64,000 nt of DNA, from IMG/VR virus record IMGVR_UViG_3300037247_000353, positions 4,417 through 68,416 of that record; one strand, written 5' to 3'. The first letter of the stretch is position 1; every line of letters begins with the position of its first letter. The notes beneath the pieces are model-generated. The model was given only the letters and a program-made list of their open reading frames with translations. It did not search any database and had not been told where the DNA came from. This stretch comes from a virus. The position numbers and the translations under genes are program-made. This document shows positions 38,589 through 47,529 of the stretch, piece by piece.

Positions 38589-39001
38589 GAGTAAATACCA
38601 TGAAGAACGTGATCTCAATGTTACTTGTACAAATAGGAGGCCTGCTTGTCCTATCCGGCCCTGTTATGGCTTATCTTGAAATAGGGCTTTGGGGAGTCCC
38701 AATGATGTGGGGAATAGCGATACTACTTATGGCAGTCGTCAACCATAATCTGGACTACAGACAATGAAAACCTTAACAGGTCGAACAATATGTCCAATAT
38801 GCCTTTGGAAAGCACTAAAGATCCAATGTTGTTGTGAGCCAGATAAAGCAAAGAGAATACTTATACTTTCTGAATCAAATTATGCTGCTGCTGCCAAAAC
38901 ATTAACTGGTAAATGTCCTCATAGGAGTACAGGTGATGCAAGAGCTACTTGAACTACTATTAAGCCTACTTTGGCTTTTCCTCTTGTAAGGGAGTAAGAC
39001 A

Positions 39002-39331
39002 ATGGAACAGAAAATAGGTTATAAAGTGCTTACCAAAGATAGATGGTCATCAGTTATGAAATCTGAACATGGGGGACGTAAATACGACATAAACAAAGAA
39101 GTAAAACCAATATCTGATTGCGGGCCATTATGCGTATTCGACACTTACAACAACGCGGGGCGCTTTAGAGAAATGTTTTGTCTTGGGAGAGCCTTAACAG
39201 TAAAGTGCAAATATATACAGTCCAAACAAATTTATATATCCTTTATATACTTAGGAAATGAAGAAAGACGAATCTTAACAAAACTACCAAAAGGCACTAT
39301 TTTAGCTGATTCCGTAACTTGCTTAGAGTAA
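39002..39331 (+). CDS. Early protein, paralog B
   Basis: MEQKIGYKVLT...CGPLCVF...LPKGTILADSVTCLE. Confidence 0.6.
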   Translation: MEQKIGYKVLTKDRWSSVMKSEHGGRKYDINKEVKPISDCGPLCVFDTYNNAGRFREMFCLGRALTVKCKYIQSKQIYISFIYLGNEERRILTKLPKGTILADSVTCLE

Positions 39332-39484
39332 AACAATGGATAATGATCCCAATAATATCTCAAGCAACTATTCTACTGGAAACAAGAGCTATTGGAAGTG
39401 TATCAATCTGGACAGATCCAATAAACTTTATGCAAAACTTATGAACGGCAAGAAGTATGAGGATGATCCTCGTGCAAACTAGGA

Positions 39485-39736
39485 GTGAGTAAAATGAATA
39501 TCTACGGAATCCCAGTTTTTGGTTGGTTAATTGGGGCCATCATCCACATTAGCTTAGCAATTCCGTTCTACTTCATCTGGAATGCACTAGCACCGACTTA
39601 CTTCTATTTCGTTCCCCTTATCTACCAGCAAATAGGGTTTTGGGAATGTGTTGGCCTGTTCATAGTTATCTCAATCCTTAAGACTGTTCTAATCCCACGC
39701 TTAGTGTCCTCCAGCAGTTCATCAGGAAGCAAATAG
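39485..39736 (+). CDS. Small membrane protein
   Basis: Two to three hydrophobic segments. Confidence 0.55.
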   Translation: MSKMNIYGIPVFGWLIGAIIHISLAIPFYFIWNALAPTYFYFVPLIYQQIGFWECVGLFIVISILKTVLIPRLVSSSSSSGSK

Positions 39737-39750
39737 AAAGAACATACAGC

Positions 39751-39942
39751 ATGACCATCAAGGTCGTTAGTTACACTAATCGACTATGCTTACGTTGTCA
39801 AGACCCCAAAGGATTTGAGAGCAAAGGAATTCATAATAGAATTTGTAAGAAATGTAAAAAGCGTGATGGTGAGAAAGTAGATTTACCGCATCAATTTTTA
39901 TTAGCTAATAAGCCAAAAGGGCCTAGAATAATATCAAACTGA
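39751..39942 (+). CDS. Small zinc-finger protein
   Basis: R.CLRC...FES.G..NRICKKC. Confidence 0.55.
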   Translation: MTIKVVSYTNRLCLRCQDPKGFESKGIHNRICKKCKKRDGEKVDLPHQFLLANKPKGPRIISN

Positions 39943-39954
39943 GGAGTAGAAACT

Positions 39955-40173
39955 ATGGCAGACCGACAAGTTTTGACCTATGAGGACCCCAGTGGGATAG
40001 GGGACCGCATAGAAATTATTGTTCATGCTGGGGGAGTTTATTTCATGATTGAGTCCGATTGGGCGGGAGATACAGAGAGAGGTTTTGGTGAGTCGTGCTC
40101 AATCACAATCCCACAAAAAAAGGCGATTGAGTTTTTGAGCCAATTAACTAAAGCCTTGACTAATAAGGAGTAA
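39955..40173 (+). CDS. Early hypothetical protein
   Basis: GAGGAG RBS, 72 aa. Confidence 0.5.
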   Translation: MADRQVLTYEDPSGIGDRIEIIVHAGGVYFMIESDWAGDTERGFGESCSITIPQKKAIEFLSQLTKALTNKE

Positions 40174-40554
40174 AGACCATGGAGTGCGTATCTGATTGGC
40201 AACCTGTAATTGATGCCCTGGCCCTGGTTTTAGGCGTGATTGGAATGGCCGGAGTAATTGGAGTTTTTTGGTTGATAATAGCAACTCTTAGATAAGGAGT
40301 TAAGAGCATGACACGAGAAGAATGGATAGAGTTTGATCGGATCAAATATACTCCAGATGTGCAATTAGCTATGCGAGCACGTTGTGAGGAACAAAGACAC
40401 GAATGGGAGAATTGTGCAACAATTATGTTTGAGTTTTACACAGCCTGCAAATGGTGTGGAGAACGTCAATAATTTGCGGGAATTAAGTATTTGTATATCA
40501 CCCTAAAAACAAAAAAGAGTAAAAAAAATACTTATTACATGACCCTCTAACTTA

Positions 40555-40583
40555 GAGGTAACAGTAAAAATACCCCTTGTCAA
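40555..40583 (-). promoter_or_regulatory. Promoter TTGACA-17-TACCTC facing antisense into the early cluster
   Basis: Same architecture as 19757-19785; overlaps hairpin CCTCTAA-C-TTAGAGG. Confidence 0.5.
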
Positions 40584-40652
40584 GAACTATTTTATAAGCT
40601 ATTGATATCATTACTTAATCTATACTATGTAATAAAGGAACAAACCATGATT

Positions 40653-40678
40653 TGGTCGCTAATATAATTAGACGACCA
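40653..40678. repeat. GTCGYTAA palindrome family, copy 3
   Basis: TGGTCGCTAATATAATTAGACGACCA; 25/26 identical to 42812-42837. Confidence 0.7.
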
Positions 40679-40960
40679 CTATTGAAATAATAATAAACGG
40701 GCCTTTAAGTATTCTGTGATGTTTCTATTATCTTCTACAATAGTGCATCTTTGAATACCCTTTAAGCTAACTTTTGCATATCCTAGTTGTGAAAAGTGTG
40801 AACTTCTATAATTTGGCCTATCCAATAGTTTTATTTTAACCATTATATCTCCGTGATAAAATTCTAATTGTTTTATCACTATGAATTTTACTATTCCTGT
40901 TCCCCAATAACTAGGGGATTGGTATATAATACCACTATGTTTGGCAAGTATATCATTCAT
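40679..40960 (-). CDS. Small ORF, C-terminal helix family (tandem paralog)
   Basis: KIKLLDRP...GYAKVSLK..C.I...NITEYLKARLL. Confidence 0.55.
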   Translation of the reverse strand: MNDILAKHSGIIYQSPSYWGTGIVKFIVIKQLEFYHGDIMVKIKLLDRPNYRSSHFSQLGYAKVSLKGIQRCTIVEDNRNITEYLKARLLLFQ

Positions 40961-40980
40961 ATTCTACACTCCCAAAGATT

Positions 40981-41250
40981 CTACTGTATTAACATGACTT
41001 TTAGATATTCCATAATATTGTTACCTGATATTATTTTACAGTCTTTAAGACTTTTTAAACTAATTACTGCATGACCTTTCATTACATCACAACAACTGAT
41101 AAAGTCTGGTCTATTTAATAGTTTTATTTCTATATGACTGCCTATTGGATATTTCCTTATTACTACAAACCTCCAATTGTAGTAATTTTCATAGATATTA
41201 TGCTTATATGATTCTATATCCATGACGAGCCTGCAAGCTGTTGAAAACAA
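40981..41250 (-). CDS. Small ORF, C-terminal helix family (tandem paralog)
   Basis: EIKLLNRP...GHAVISLK..C.I...NIMEYLKVMLI. Confidence 0.55.
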   Translation of the reverse strand: MFSTACRLVMDIESYKHNIYENYYNWRFVVIRKYPIGSHIEIKLLNRPDFISCCDVMKGHAVISLKSLKDCKIISGNNIMEYLKVMLIQ

Positions 41251-41366
41251 ACAAACAAAAAAATAAATCTGGCTAGACCCCTTGACATTTCAAGATTCAT
41301 CCTAAGTGCCTTTTCAGGCACTCCGCCAAAACCCGAAAGGGTATGATCCAACGGAAGGTAAAACCT

Positions 41367-41627
41367 ATGTCAGATTGGACAAAGATCGATACTACCAAGT
41401 TCACTGGCGAACTGGCCAAATCCTACAAGGCTTTCGACGCCACGCGCCAGGATATGATACTGGCCAGGGAAATCTTGGAGACGGAAATGGTTAAGAAGCT
41501 TTCCAAGTCCGGCAACATTCCCAAGGGACAAGAACCAAAGTTCTCGTACAAATGGGGCCTGGTATCGTTCCTCATGGCTGATAAGAAGCGTACTCCCGCC
41601 GCAACATCCGGCGGAATCACTCTGTAA
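41367..41627 (+). CDS. Monocistronic 86-aa protein
   Basis: GGAAGG RBS before MSDWTKID; GC-rich codons; followed by a terminator. Confidence 0.6.
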   Translation: MSDWTKIDTTKFTGELAKSYKAFDATRQDMILAREILETEMVKKLSKSGNIPKGQEPKFSYKWGLVSFLMADKKRTPAATSGGITL

Positions 41628-41652
41628 CCTGCCAATCTCACCACATACCTTT

Positions 41653-41685
41653 GAGGGTCGCCCTAACAGGCGACTCTCTCTTTTT
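41653..41685 (+). terminator. Intrinsic terminator
   Basis: GAGGGTCGCC-CTAACA-GGCGACTCTC-TCTTTTT. Confidence 0.75.
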
Positions 41686-42114
41686 GCCTGGATTCCTTGC
41701 TATTGGAATAGCCACCAAAGCCCATAAATGGCCCCGACAATTGGGGTCACAACAAATAGCAAGAACCCTGCCAAAGCCACCCAGAACAGGCCGGCCCAGA
41801 CTATTAAATCCAGGAGCCATTTGCCTAGTTGCAACATCATTCATTCCTCCTTGATTTCGCCAGTTTAGCGGGCTGGCCAGTGTCCAGGGTCGCTTGGTTA
41901 CACCAACGACCTTCCACACTCCCCACAAATCTAGCCTAGAAAGCCCTGGAAGGCACCGTGTAGGCTCAAGCCAGGGTGCTAGGCTACTAGGGTAGCTCAA
42001 ACCCTATCCCAACGATTAAAGATTCGAGAATCATTGAAATATCAGAAGGGCCAATATGCTATGATCATGGCTATGAGAAAGCCTACAACAAACCCTATGA
42101 TGTATTCCATGATA

Positions 42115-42330
42115 CTATTTCATTCTTACTGGTGAACAGGGTTTCAAATCAATGATAACAGCCTCATAAGCGTATTTCTTTTTGTAGTCTTCAGCTCTAT
42201 CCTTCCATTTGAAAAGTGCAAATGTTATGTCATTATATCTGCTTACTACGGCATACCTGAGAGAAGAGATATCTAACTCTCTTTCATGGGTTTCGGTTAT
42301 AGTGATCTTACTTGGTAAGCCTGTAGTCAT
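42115..42330 (-). CDS. Hypothetical protein
   Basis: AGGTGA RBS; downstream of promoter 42464-42492. Confidence 0.5.
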   Translation of the reverse strand: MTTGLPSKITITETHERELDISSLRYAVVSRYNDITFALFKWKDRAEDYKKKYAYEAVIIDLKPCSPVRMK

Positions 42331-42463
42331 AGCATCACCTATTTAGTTGTTAAGGAAGGGTTCAAACTGTCCAGTTATGCCTAAAAGAAATATTGCGATA
42401 CCAGTCGCCATAAGTATTGCATAGATTGTGTTCATTGTTTTGTTCCTTGTGTTGATTATCCTT

Positions 42464-42492
42464 AGTATATCTTAATATCTTGGTTAAGTCAA
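42464..42492 (-). promoter_or_regulatory. Sigma70 promoter TTGACT-17-TATACT
   Basis: Motif match. Confidence 0.65.
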
Positions 42493-42811
42493 AGTGACTA
42501 TGGATATAGTTTAGGTATGTTCAGATATGTAGTTTCTACCCCTCCCTTGATCCCCCTATTCACCCTATCACTTATGCCCCTGTATCCCTTAATGGAAGCC
42601 AAGTATTGCCAAGGTGTTCCTTATGTACTTGCAAGTAATACAGGCCTAGGTTGAAATGCCTATTCCAAGTCATGATGAAGTAGTCCATAGGACTGGCCAA
42701 GTAATGATTGGGATTTTAGGGATATGTTAGGGGGGGTACAAGGGCCACTGGGGGGGTGCGGGATACGTTTGTATGACATATCTTGAAAATGCCCAATATA
42801 TCCTTAAACCA

Positions 42812-42837
42812 TGGTCGCTAATGTAATTAGACGACCA
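42812..42837. repeat. GTCGYTAA palindrome family, copy 4
   Basis: TGGTCGCTAATGTAATTAGACGACCA. Confidence 0.7.
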
Positions 42838-42935
42838 AAACATATCAAAAATATACAGAAATAACTAAAATATGGTTAAAGGATGTTATAGATGATCTAT
42901 TAAAGCCCTTCGGGCGGTACCTAAAAACATAACTA

Positions 42936-42976
42936 AATCAATACCTTATAGTATACCCCTTAGTAACCTATTGATT
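42936..42976. promoter_or_regulatory. Two inverted IHF-consensus sites
   Basis: AATCAATACCTTA (+, 42936-42948) and AATCAATAGGTTA (-, 42964-42976) match WATCAANNNNTTR. Confidence 0.5.
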
Positions 42977-43124
42977 TCATTGAGTTATTAGTAATAGTTC
43001 CCAAAACAGCCCTATTTGCCATTTTAGCCAAATCCTGTCAAGTAAAATCGTACTTTTTAGGGTAAAAAAAACCTAATGAAAACAATGACTTATAAAATAG
43101 TTTCAATTACAGGCATTTTTTTTA

Positions 43125-43153
43125 TTGACAACATGTATTTTGAGTGCTATACT
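43125..43153 (+). promoter_or_regulatory. Promoter TTGACA-17-TATACT at the head of the morphogenesis arm
   Basis: Near-consensus with TG extension. Confidence 0.75.
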
Positions 43154-43370
43154 AAGTATTAGGGGTTTTAGAAATCCCATTAGGTTTTTTTTTATAAAAA
43201 AAGCTTAAAGAAATTGAAATAAAAAAAAGCTTATACAATTTCCATAATTCTAGGTTTGGATTTAAGTAGGAATCTGTATATAAATATACCAGATATTATT
43301 TCTGTGAATTTATTGCTCTCAAGAGCACACAGACACTAAAATCATATAAAGGGCTCTGAGCTAAATCAAT

Positions 43371-43667
43371 ATGAAATTATCTGAAATATTAAATTCTCTA
43401 AAAAAGAAAAAAACCCCAAAAGTTTGGAGACCTAAATTATGGGTTCCAGAACCTATGGAATTACCTGTAACGGTATATATTTTATCCGATAAGAATTTTG
43501 AAATTTCTGCAAAACGTAGAGGTTTTAAAAAACGAAAAGGAGCATTTGCTGTATGGGGAAAGGATTCTAACGGGAATCCTGTAAGTAGAATTTATATGCG
43601 TTATCATAAATTACATCTGTTTTCCCACGAGATTCGCCATCTTCAACAAGGACATTTCCATGACTAA
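43371..43667 (+). CDS. Small HExxH (zincin-like) protein
   Basis: FSHEIRHLQQGH. Confidence 0.5.
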   Translation: MKLSEILNSLKKKKTPKVWRPKLWVPEPMELPVTVYILSDKNFEISAKRRGFKKRKGAFAVWGKDSNGNPVSRIYMRYHKLHLFSHEIRHLQQGHFHD

Positions 43668-43890
43668 AAGTATATTATTTGTAATTATAGGATTAGTCTT
43701 AGGTAGTTGTAGCTATTTACAAAGTGCTACACAATCTGTAAAAACTGTTAATGATACTATTGCACAAACACTTATAATAGGCATGTGTGGAATTACTGTC
43801 GGTGCTTATTATAGATTGAAAAACCCCCTTCATAAAGAGGCTATTAATAAGCTTTGTGGTGGGGATAATATAATTGAGTTAGGAGAATAA
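43660..43890 (+). CDS. Putative lipoprotein
   Basis: Lipobox-like LVLGSC after a hydrophobic stretch. Confidence 0.5.
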   Translation: MTKSILFVIIGLVLGSCSYLQSATQSVKTVNDTIAQTLIIGMCGITVGAYYRLKNPLHKEAINKLCGGDNIIELGE

Positions 43891-43891
43891 T

Positions 43892-44308
43892 ATGTTAAAA
43901 GGTATTGCTCCATTTTGTTTAGCTCTTGGGTTGTTTACTATTTGGCCTTCTGGGGCTCAAGCACTTCATATAGTTCCAGTTGAAGGGGAAGAAGTAATAG
44001 TAGGTAATTTTTGTTATGATACTTCAAAGTATTTTGAAGAAGTTAACAAACTTAATAGAGAACTGGGACTTGAAGCTGCTAAAAAACGCTATTGGGAAAT
44101 TATGGCTGATAAAGACACCCCTTGTTATGCGGGCAGGCAGATTACTGGTCGTTTAGGTAAAATGCTCAGCGAAGAGAAAAATCTTATAGGTAATGGGAAT
44201 CAATGTTTCCATTCTCAGATTTGGGAAATATTCCCTCTTTTTGGTGAATCAGATCGTAAAATCTATACGGTTTGGCACGTTAAATGTTCTAATCTCAATG
44301 AAGTCTAA
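43892..44308 (+). CDS. Secreted hypothetical protein
   Basis: Signal peptide ending AQA; four Cys in the mature part. Confidence 0.5.
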   Translation: MLKGIAPFCLALGLFTIWPSGAQALHIVPVEGEEVIVGNFCYDTSKYFEEVNKLNRELGLEAAKKRYWEIMADKDTPCYAGRQITGRLGKMLSEEKNLIGNGNQCFHSQIWEIFPLFGESDRKIYTVWHVKCSNLNEV

Positions 44309-45330
44309 TGCCCGACCCACGTAAACGTGAAGGTGGAACTATTAGATCTGTTCCAGCTAAATCTGGAATTGGATTTGAACAGTTTAGAGAACGAACCGAA
44401 TCTTCAGTTGAAGATTCACGTAAACAACTTCAAGAATTCTTTCTAGATCTTACTAATCAAGTTGGCGAAGTTCGTGAAGATTTATTAAATACTCCTTTTC
44501 CATTAGCTCCAAGTATCAATGATCAGATGAAAGCTCTTAGAGAGTTTATTGGGTTTCCAGAAGAACTTTCAGTTGGGGAACAGGCACTTGGTTTTGGTGT
44601 TGGAAGTATTAAAGGGATTAGAGGTGTTCCTGCTAATATTAAACTATCTGGTAAAAAAGTTCCGAATATTAATCCCAAGGCCTTAGAGTTTGGTCCCAAA
44701 CAAAAGATGGAATTGCAAAAATTAGTTTCTGAAACTGGACAATTTACTCAAACTTTTTCAGAAACTAAACCAGGAACTAGGCCTGCAAGAAGTTATTTAG
44801 AGGCTCAAGCTCGGGTAGTTCAAGAACGAAAACGTATTCAAACTAGAGTAAAAGAAGTTCAAAAAGATTTGGATAGATTGTCAATAGCAGAAGTTAATCC
44901 TTTAGTCCCGTTAACCTTAATCCAAGAGATTGCTAAAAAGGGACTACGGGCAAAGGCAAGTTATGATTCTGGAGCCCCTGGCCCAGAAGGTAGTGGTAAT
45001 TTTGTAATTGCATTTAAATCAAAAGATGCAGTTACAAATTTTAATGATGAATTTGTAATACTTCCTAATCCAGATGGCCCTATATTAGCTGTAAATTTTA
45101 ATAGTCCAACAATAAAAGCAGAATTACGACCGCAATTCAAAGAGGCATTTCCTAATAAATTTCTTGCTGATGAAATAGGTGAAGAGTTTCAGCCTGGAGA
45201 ACTTCAAAGAATGGCTGGTGAGACTGCAAAAGATGCTCCCCCACCCGATAATTTCAGCTATTATAATTTAAAGAATTTTGAAGATGGTTTGCAAGTTATT
45301 AATAAAATGTTGGATATAGCAAAACAATAA
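44308..45330 (+). CDS. Hypothetical protein sharing its N-terminus with the large internal virion protein
   Basis: MPDPRKREGG vs MPDPRKLEGG (3720). Confidence 0.55.
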   Translation: MPDPRKREGGTIRSVPAKSGIGFEQFRERTESSVEDSRKQLQEFFLDLTNQVGEVREDLLNTPFPLAPSINDQMKALREFIGFPEELSVGEQALGFGVGSIKGIRGVPANIKLSGKKVPNINPKALEFGPKQKMELQKLVSETGQFTQTFSETKPGTRPARSYLEAQARVVQERKRIQTRVKEVQKDLDRLSIAEVNPLVPLTLIQEIAKKGLRAKASYDSGAPGPEGSGNFVIAFKSKDAVTNFNDEFVILPNPDGPILAVNFNSPTIKAELRPQFKEAFPNKFLADEIGEEFQPGELQRMAGETAKDAPPPDNFSYYNLKNFEDGLQVINKMLDIAKQ

Positions 45331-45698
45331 TGAAAAAAAATCTTACAGATAAACAACAAAAGTTCCTTGATATTCTTTTTGGAGAAGCAGAAGGCGATCC
45401 CCAAAAGGCTATGGAACTTGCTGGTTATGTTTCAAGTAGATTTCATGATTTGTTAGAATCACTTCATGACGAAATTATACATAAGGCGGAACAATTCATT
45501 GCTATGCACGCCCCTGCCGCTGCTATGGGGCTTACTGGTATCCTATTAGGTACTGATGATAAGCCTAATACTAATGCGCGAATGGAGGCTGCTAGACAAA
45601 TACTTGATAGGGCCGGGATTGTTAAGAAAGATAAGATGGATATTAATATTGATTCGGAAAAAGGAATATTTATATTTCCCGCAAAGGCTCCTGAATAA
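45330..45698 (+). CDS. terS: Terminase small subunit
   Basis: LTDKQQKFL...AMELAGY...AARQILDRAG...GIFIFPAK. Confidence 0.7.
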   Translation: MKKNLTDKQQKFLDILFGEAEGDPQKAMELAGYVSSRFHDLLESLHDEIIHKAEQFIAMHAPAAAMGLTGILLGTDDKPNTNARMEAARQILDRAGIVKKDKMDINIDSEKGIFIFPAKAPE

Positions 45699-46087
45699 TG
45701 TTTGGTGAAGATTTTATAAAAGAGCCCTATCAGAAACAGGCTAATGATGATAGAATTGTACGTCGAAAGAGTTACAAAGTCCCATTTGGTTGGGCGAAAT
45801 TTCCAAAAAATCCTAATTATATTGTTCCAGTTCCTAAAGAGTTGAAGGCTCTAGAAATAGCAATTCAATACAGAGATACTGGTGAATATTCTTGGACAGA
45901 GTTAGCTGCTTGGCTCCATAAAGTAACAGGCAGAAAAATATCCCACATGGGATTTAAATATAATTATCAAAAAGCGAAGGAAAAAGAGAATGGTAGCACA
46001 TCCAGTCAAGAGACCAACATTGCCAAGGAAAGCGAACCCCCGAGCATTAGCAGCAGTAGCGAAAGTCCGGCCAGTCAAAGCACGTAA
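45698..46087 (+). CDS. HTH DNA-binding protein of the packaging module
   Basis: VPFGW...YSWTELAAWL...TGRKISHMG. Confidence 0.55.
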   Translation: MFGEDFIKEPYQKQANDDRIVRRKSYKVPFGWAKFPKNPNYIVPVPKELKALEIAIQYRDTGEYSWTELAAWLHKVTGRKISHMGFKYNYQKAKEKENGSTSSQETNIAKESEPPSISSSSESPASQST

Positions 46088-46169
46088 TAGACCTTTACTC
46101 CCTGCTAAAGCTAATCCCAGAGCAGTTGCAGCTGTAGCTAGGGTACGCCCTGTTAAAAGAGCCCGCTAA
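45990..46169 (+). CDS. 59-aa basic tandem-repeat peptide
   Basis: MVAHPVKRPTLPRKANPRALAAVAKVRPVKARNRPLLPAKANPRAVAAVARVRPVKRAR; stop overlaps the next ATG. Confidence 0.6.
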   Translation: MVAHPVKRPTLPRKANPRALAAVAKVRPVKARNRPLLPAKANPRAVAAVARVRPVKRAR

Positions 46170-46477
46170 TGGTAGGATTTATATTAGCAACTACTCAAGC
46201 AAATGGAACTACTACTGGTAAAAAAATAGTTGAACATGAGCGCGGACATATATCAAAACGTTATAGTTATACAATGTATATTTATGGCACAGTTGATAGT
46301 GCTGATATTCAACTTCAAGTTTCACATGATAATACAAATTGGGTGAATATGACTGGTGGAGCTTTTGCAAATACAGCATGGCCTATATCAACTAACGTTG
46401 AATTTTATGGAAACTGGGTACGAGTAGTTGTTGCTAACGGGTCTGGATCTGAATCTGTGAATGTGGTGTGGATATAA
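46169..46477 (+). CDS. Small beta-sandwich virion protein
   Basis: GT...IQLQVSHDNTNW...WVRVVV pattern. Confidence 0.5.
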   Translation: MVGFILATTQANGTTTGKKIVEHERGHISKRYSYTMYIYGTVDSADIQLQVSHDNTNWVNMTGGAFANTAWPISTNVEFYGNWVRVVVANGSGSESVNVVWI

Positions 46478-47043
46478 TTATGTTGAAAAGTCCAGTAATG
46501 CATGAAGATTTACCCTCTCTTGGGGGCATACAACAAATTGAAACTATTTATGACTTGATAAAAAATGAGATTGTGTATAAAAAACGAATAGCCTATTTAA
46601 AAAAGAAACGGGAGGAATTGGTTGATCTTATTAGTACTGTTGGTTCAGTTAACGCAATTCATGAGATACGAGAACAGGCTAAAATAGAAAAAATAAAGAT
46701 TACTGAAGAGTTAAATGCACTTAGGGATAAGAAAGAAAAGGCTGATGTAGTTATAGCTGAAGCACATACTAGAGCTAGATCTATTGAAGCTGATGCAGCT
46801 AGCCGTGCTAGAGATCAACAGACTACTTTGGATTATCGTGAAAAAGAATTAACTGAAAATAGAAAACAGTTTGGTGAACGTGAACGAATGTTACGATTGG
46901 CTGAAGTAAAAGTAGGTGAATCTCAAACTGCTGTGAATTCTGAATTAAAACGTGTTAAACAACTACAAGAAGCAGCCAATAAAGCACGTATGGATTTTGA
47001 AACACGCAGACAAAAAGTAGAGAAATTTATGGCAGGAGTGTAA
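46468..47043 (+). CDS. Coiled-coil protein
   Basis: 191 aa, heptad-rich and charged. Confidence 0.55.
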   Translation: MDIIMLKSPVMHEDLPSLGGIQQIETIYDLIKNEIVYKKRIAYLKKKREELVDLISTVGSVNAIHEIREQAKIEKIKITEELNALRDKKEKADVVIAEAHTRARSIEADAASRARDQQTTLDYREKELTENRKQFGERERMLRLAEVKVGESQTAVNSELKRVKQLQEAANKARMDFETRRQKVEKFMAGV

Positions 47044-47529
47044 ATGGCCGAGTTTTTAATCGCCAACCGCGACACCTCGGTCGCTGGCGGCTGTGCCATA
47101 GGTGACATCAGAGACGTGCGCCCTGACGGCTGGAATTGGTCTAAGGCCGAACTGCCGAATGTCGTGAAGCTCTCCGGCGTAGCTTATGACAGGAAATACA
47201 AACTCCCCGACCAGCGCGTGTATACCAAGCCGGTGATTGATCGGGCTGGGAACTACTACGACTTGGTAAAGATGGAGGCAGGATTACAGGGCACAGATGT
47301 TTTCGTTGCTGCCGACCCTGCCAAGATCGACGTGTACGAAGGCGATGTTAAGCAGAAGACCTTGGCCGATGGTAAGGAGTTGGTGAAAGATCGAGGCGAT
47401 GATGCACCCACAAAGACTGTAGTGCTGAAGTTTGGCGATGTTGTGCTTGAAACACGTCTCGATTCTGAGACCATCAATAAACGCCGCTATCGTATTTCCG
47501 GCGGTGTTATTATAGATAAGACTGTCTGA
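47044..47529 (+). CDS. Hypothetical protein, first gene of a GC-richer block
   Basis: 161 aa, GGAG RBS. Confidence 0.55.
   Translation: MAEFLIANRDTSVAGGCAIGDIRDVRPDGWNWSKAELPNVVKLSGVAYDRKYKLPDQRVYTKPVIDRAGNYYDLVKMEAGLQGTDVFVAADPAKIDVYEGDVKQKTLADGKELVKDRGDDAPTKTVVLKFGDVVLETRLDSETINKRRYRISGGVIIDKTV

Noticed and set aside
41638-42000. 120-aa (-) and 67-aa (+) ORFs
   Set aside because: No RBS, overlap a terminator, atypical composition; probably non-coding.
42472-42487. CtrA box in the promoter spacer
   Set aside because: Spacing is TTAA-N8-TTAA, not the required N7.
44880-45330. ADP-ribosyltransferase-like I..I...GL motif in the 340-aa protein
   Set aside because: The preceding catalytic H-G-T/R motif is absent; too weak to call.
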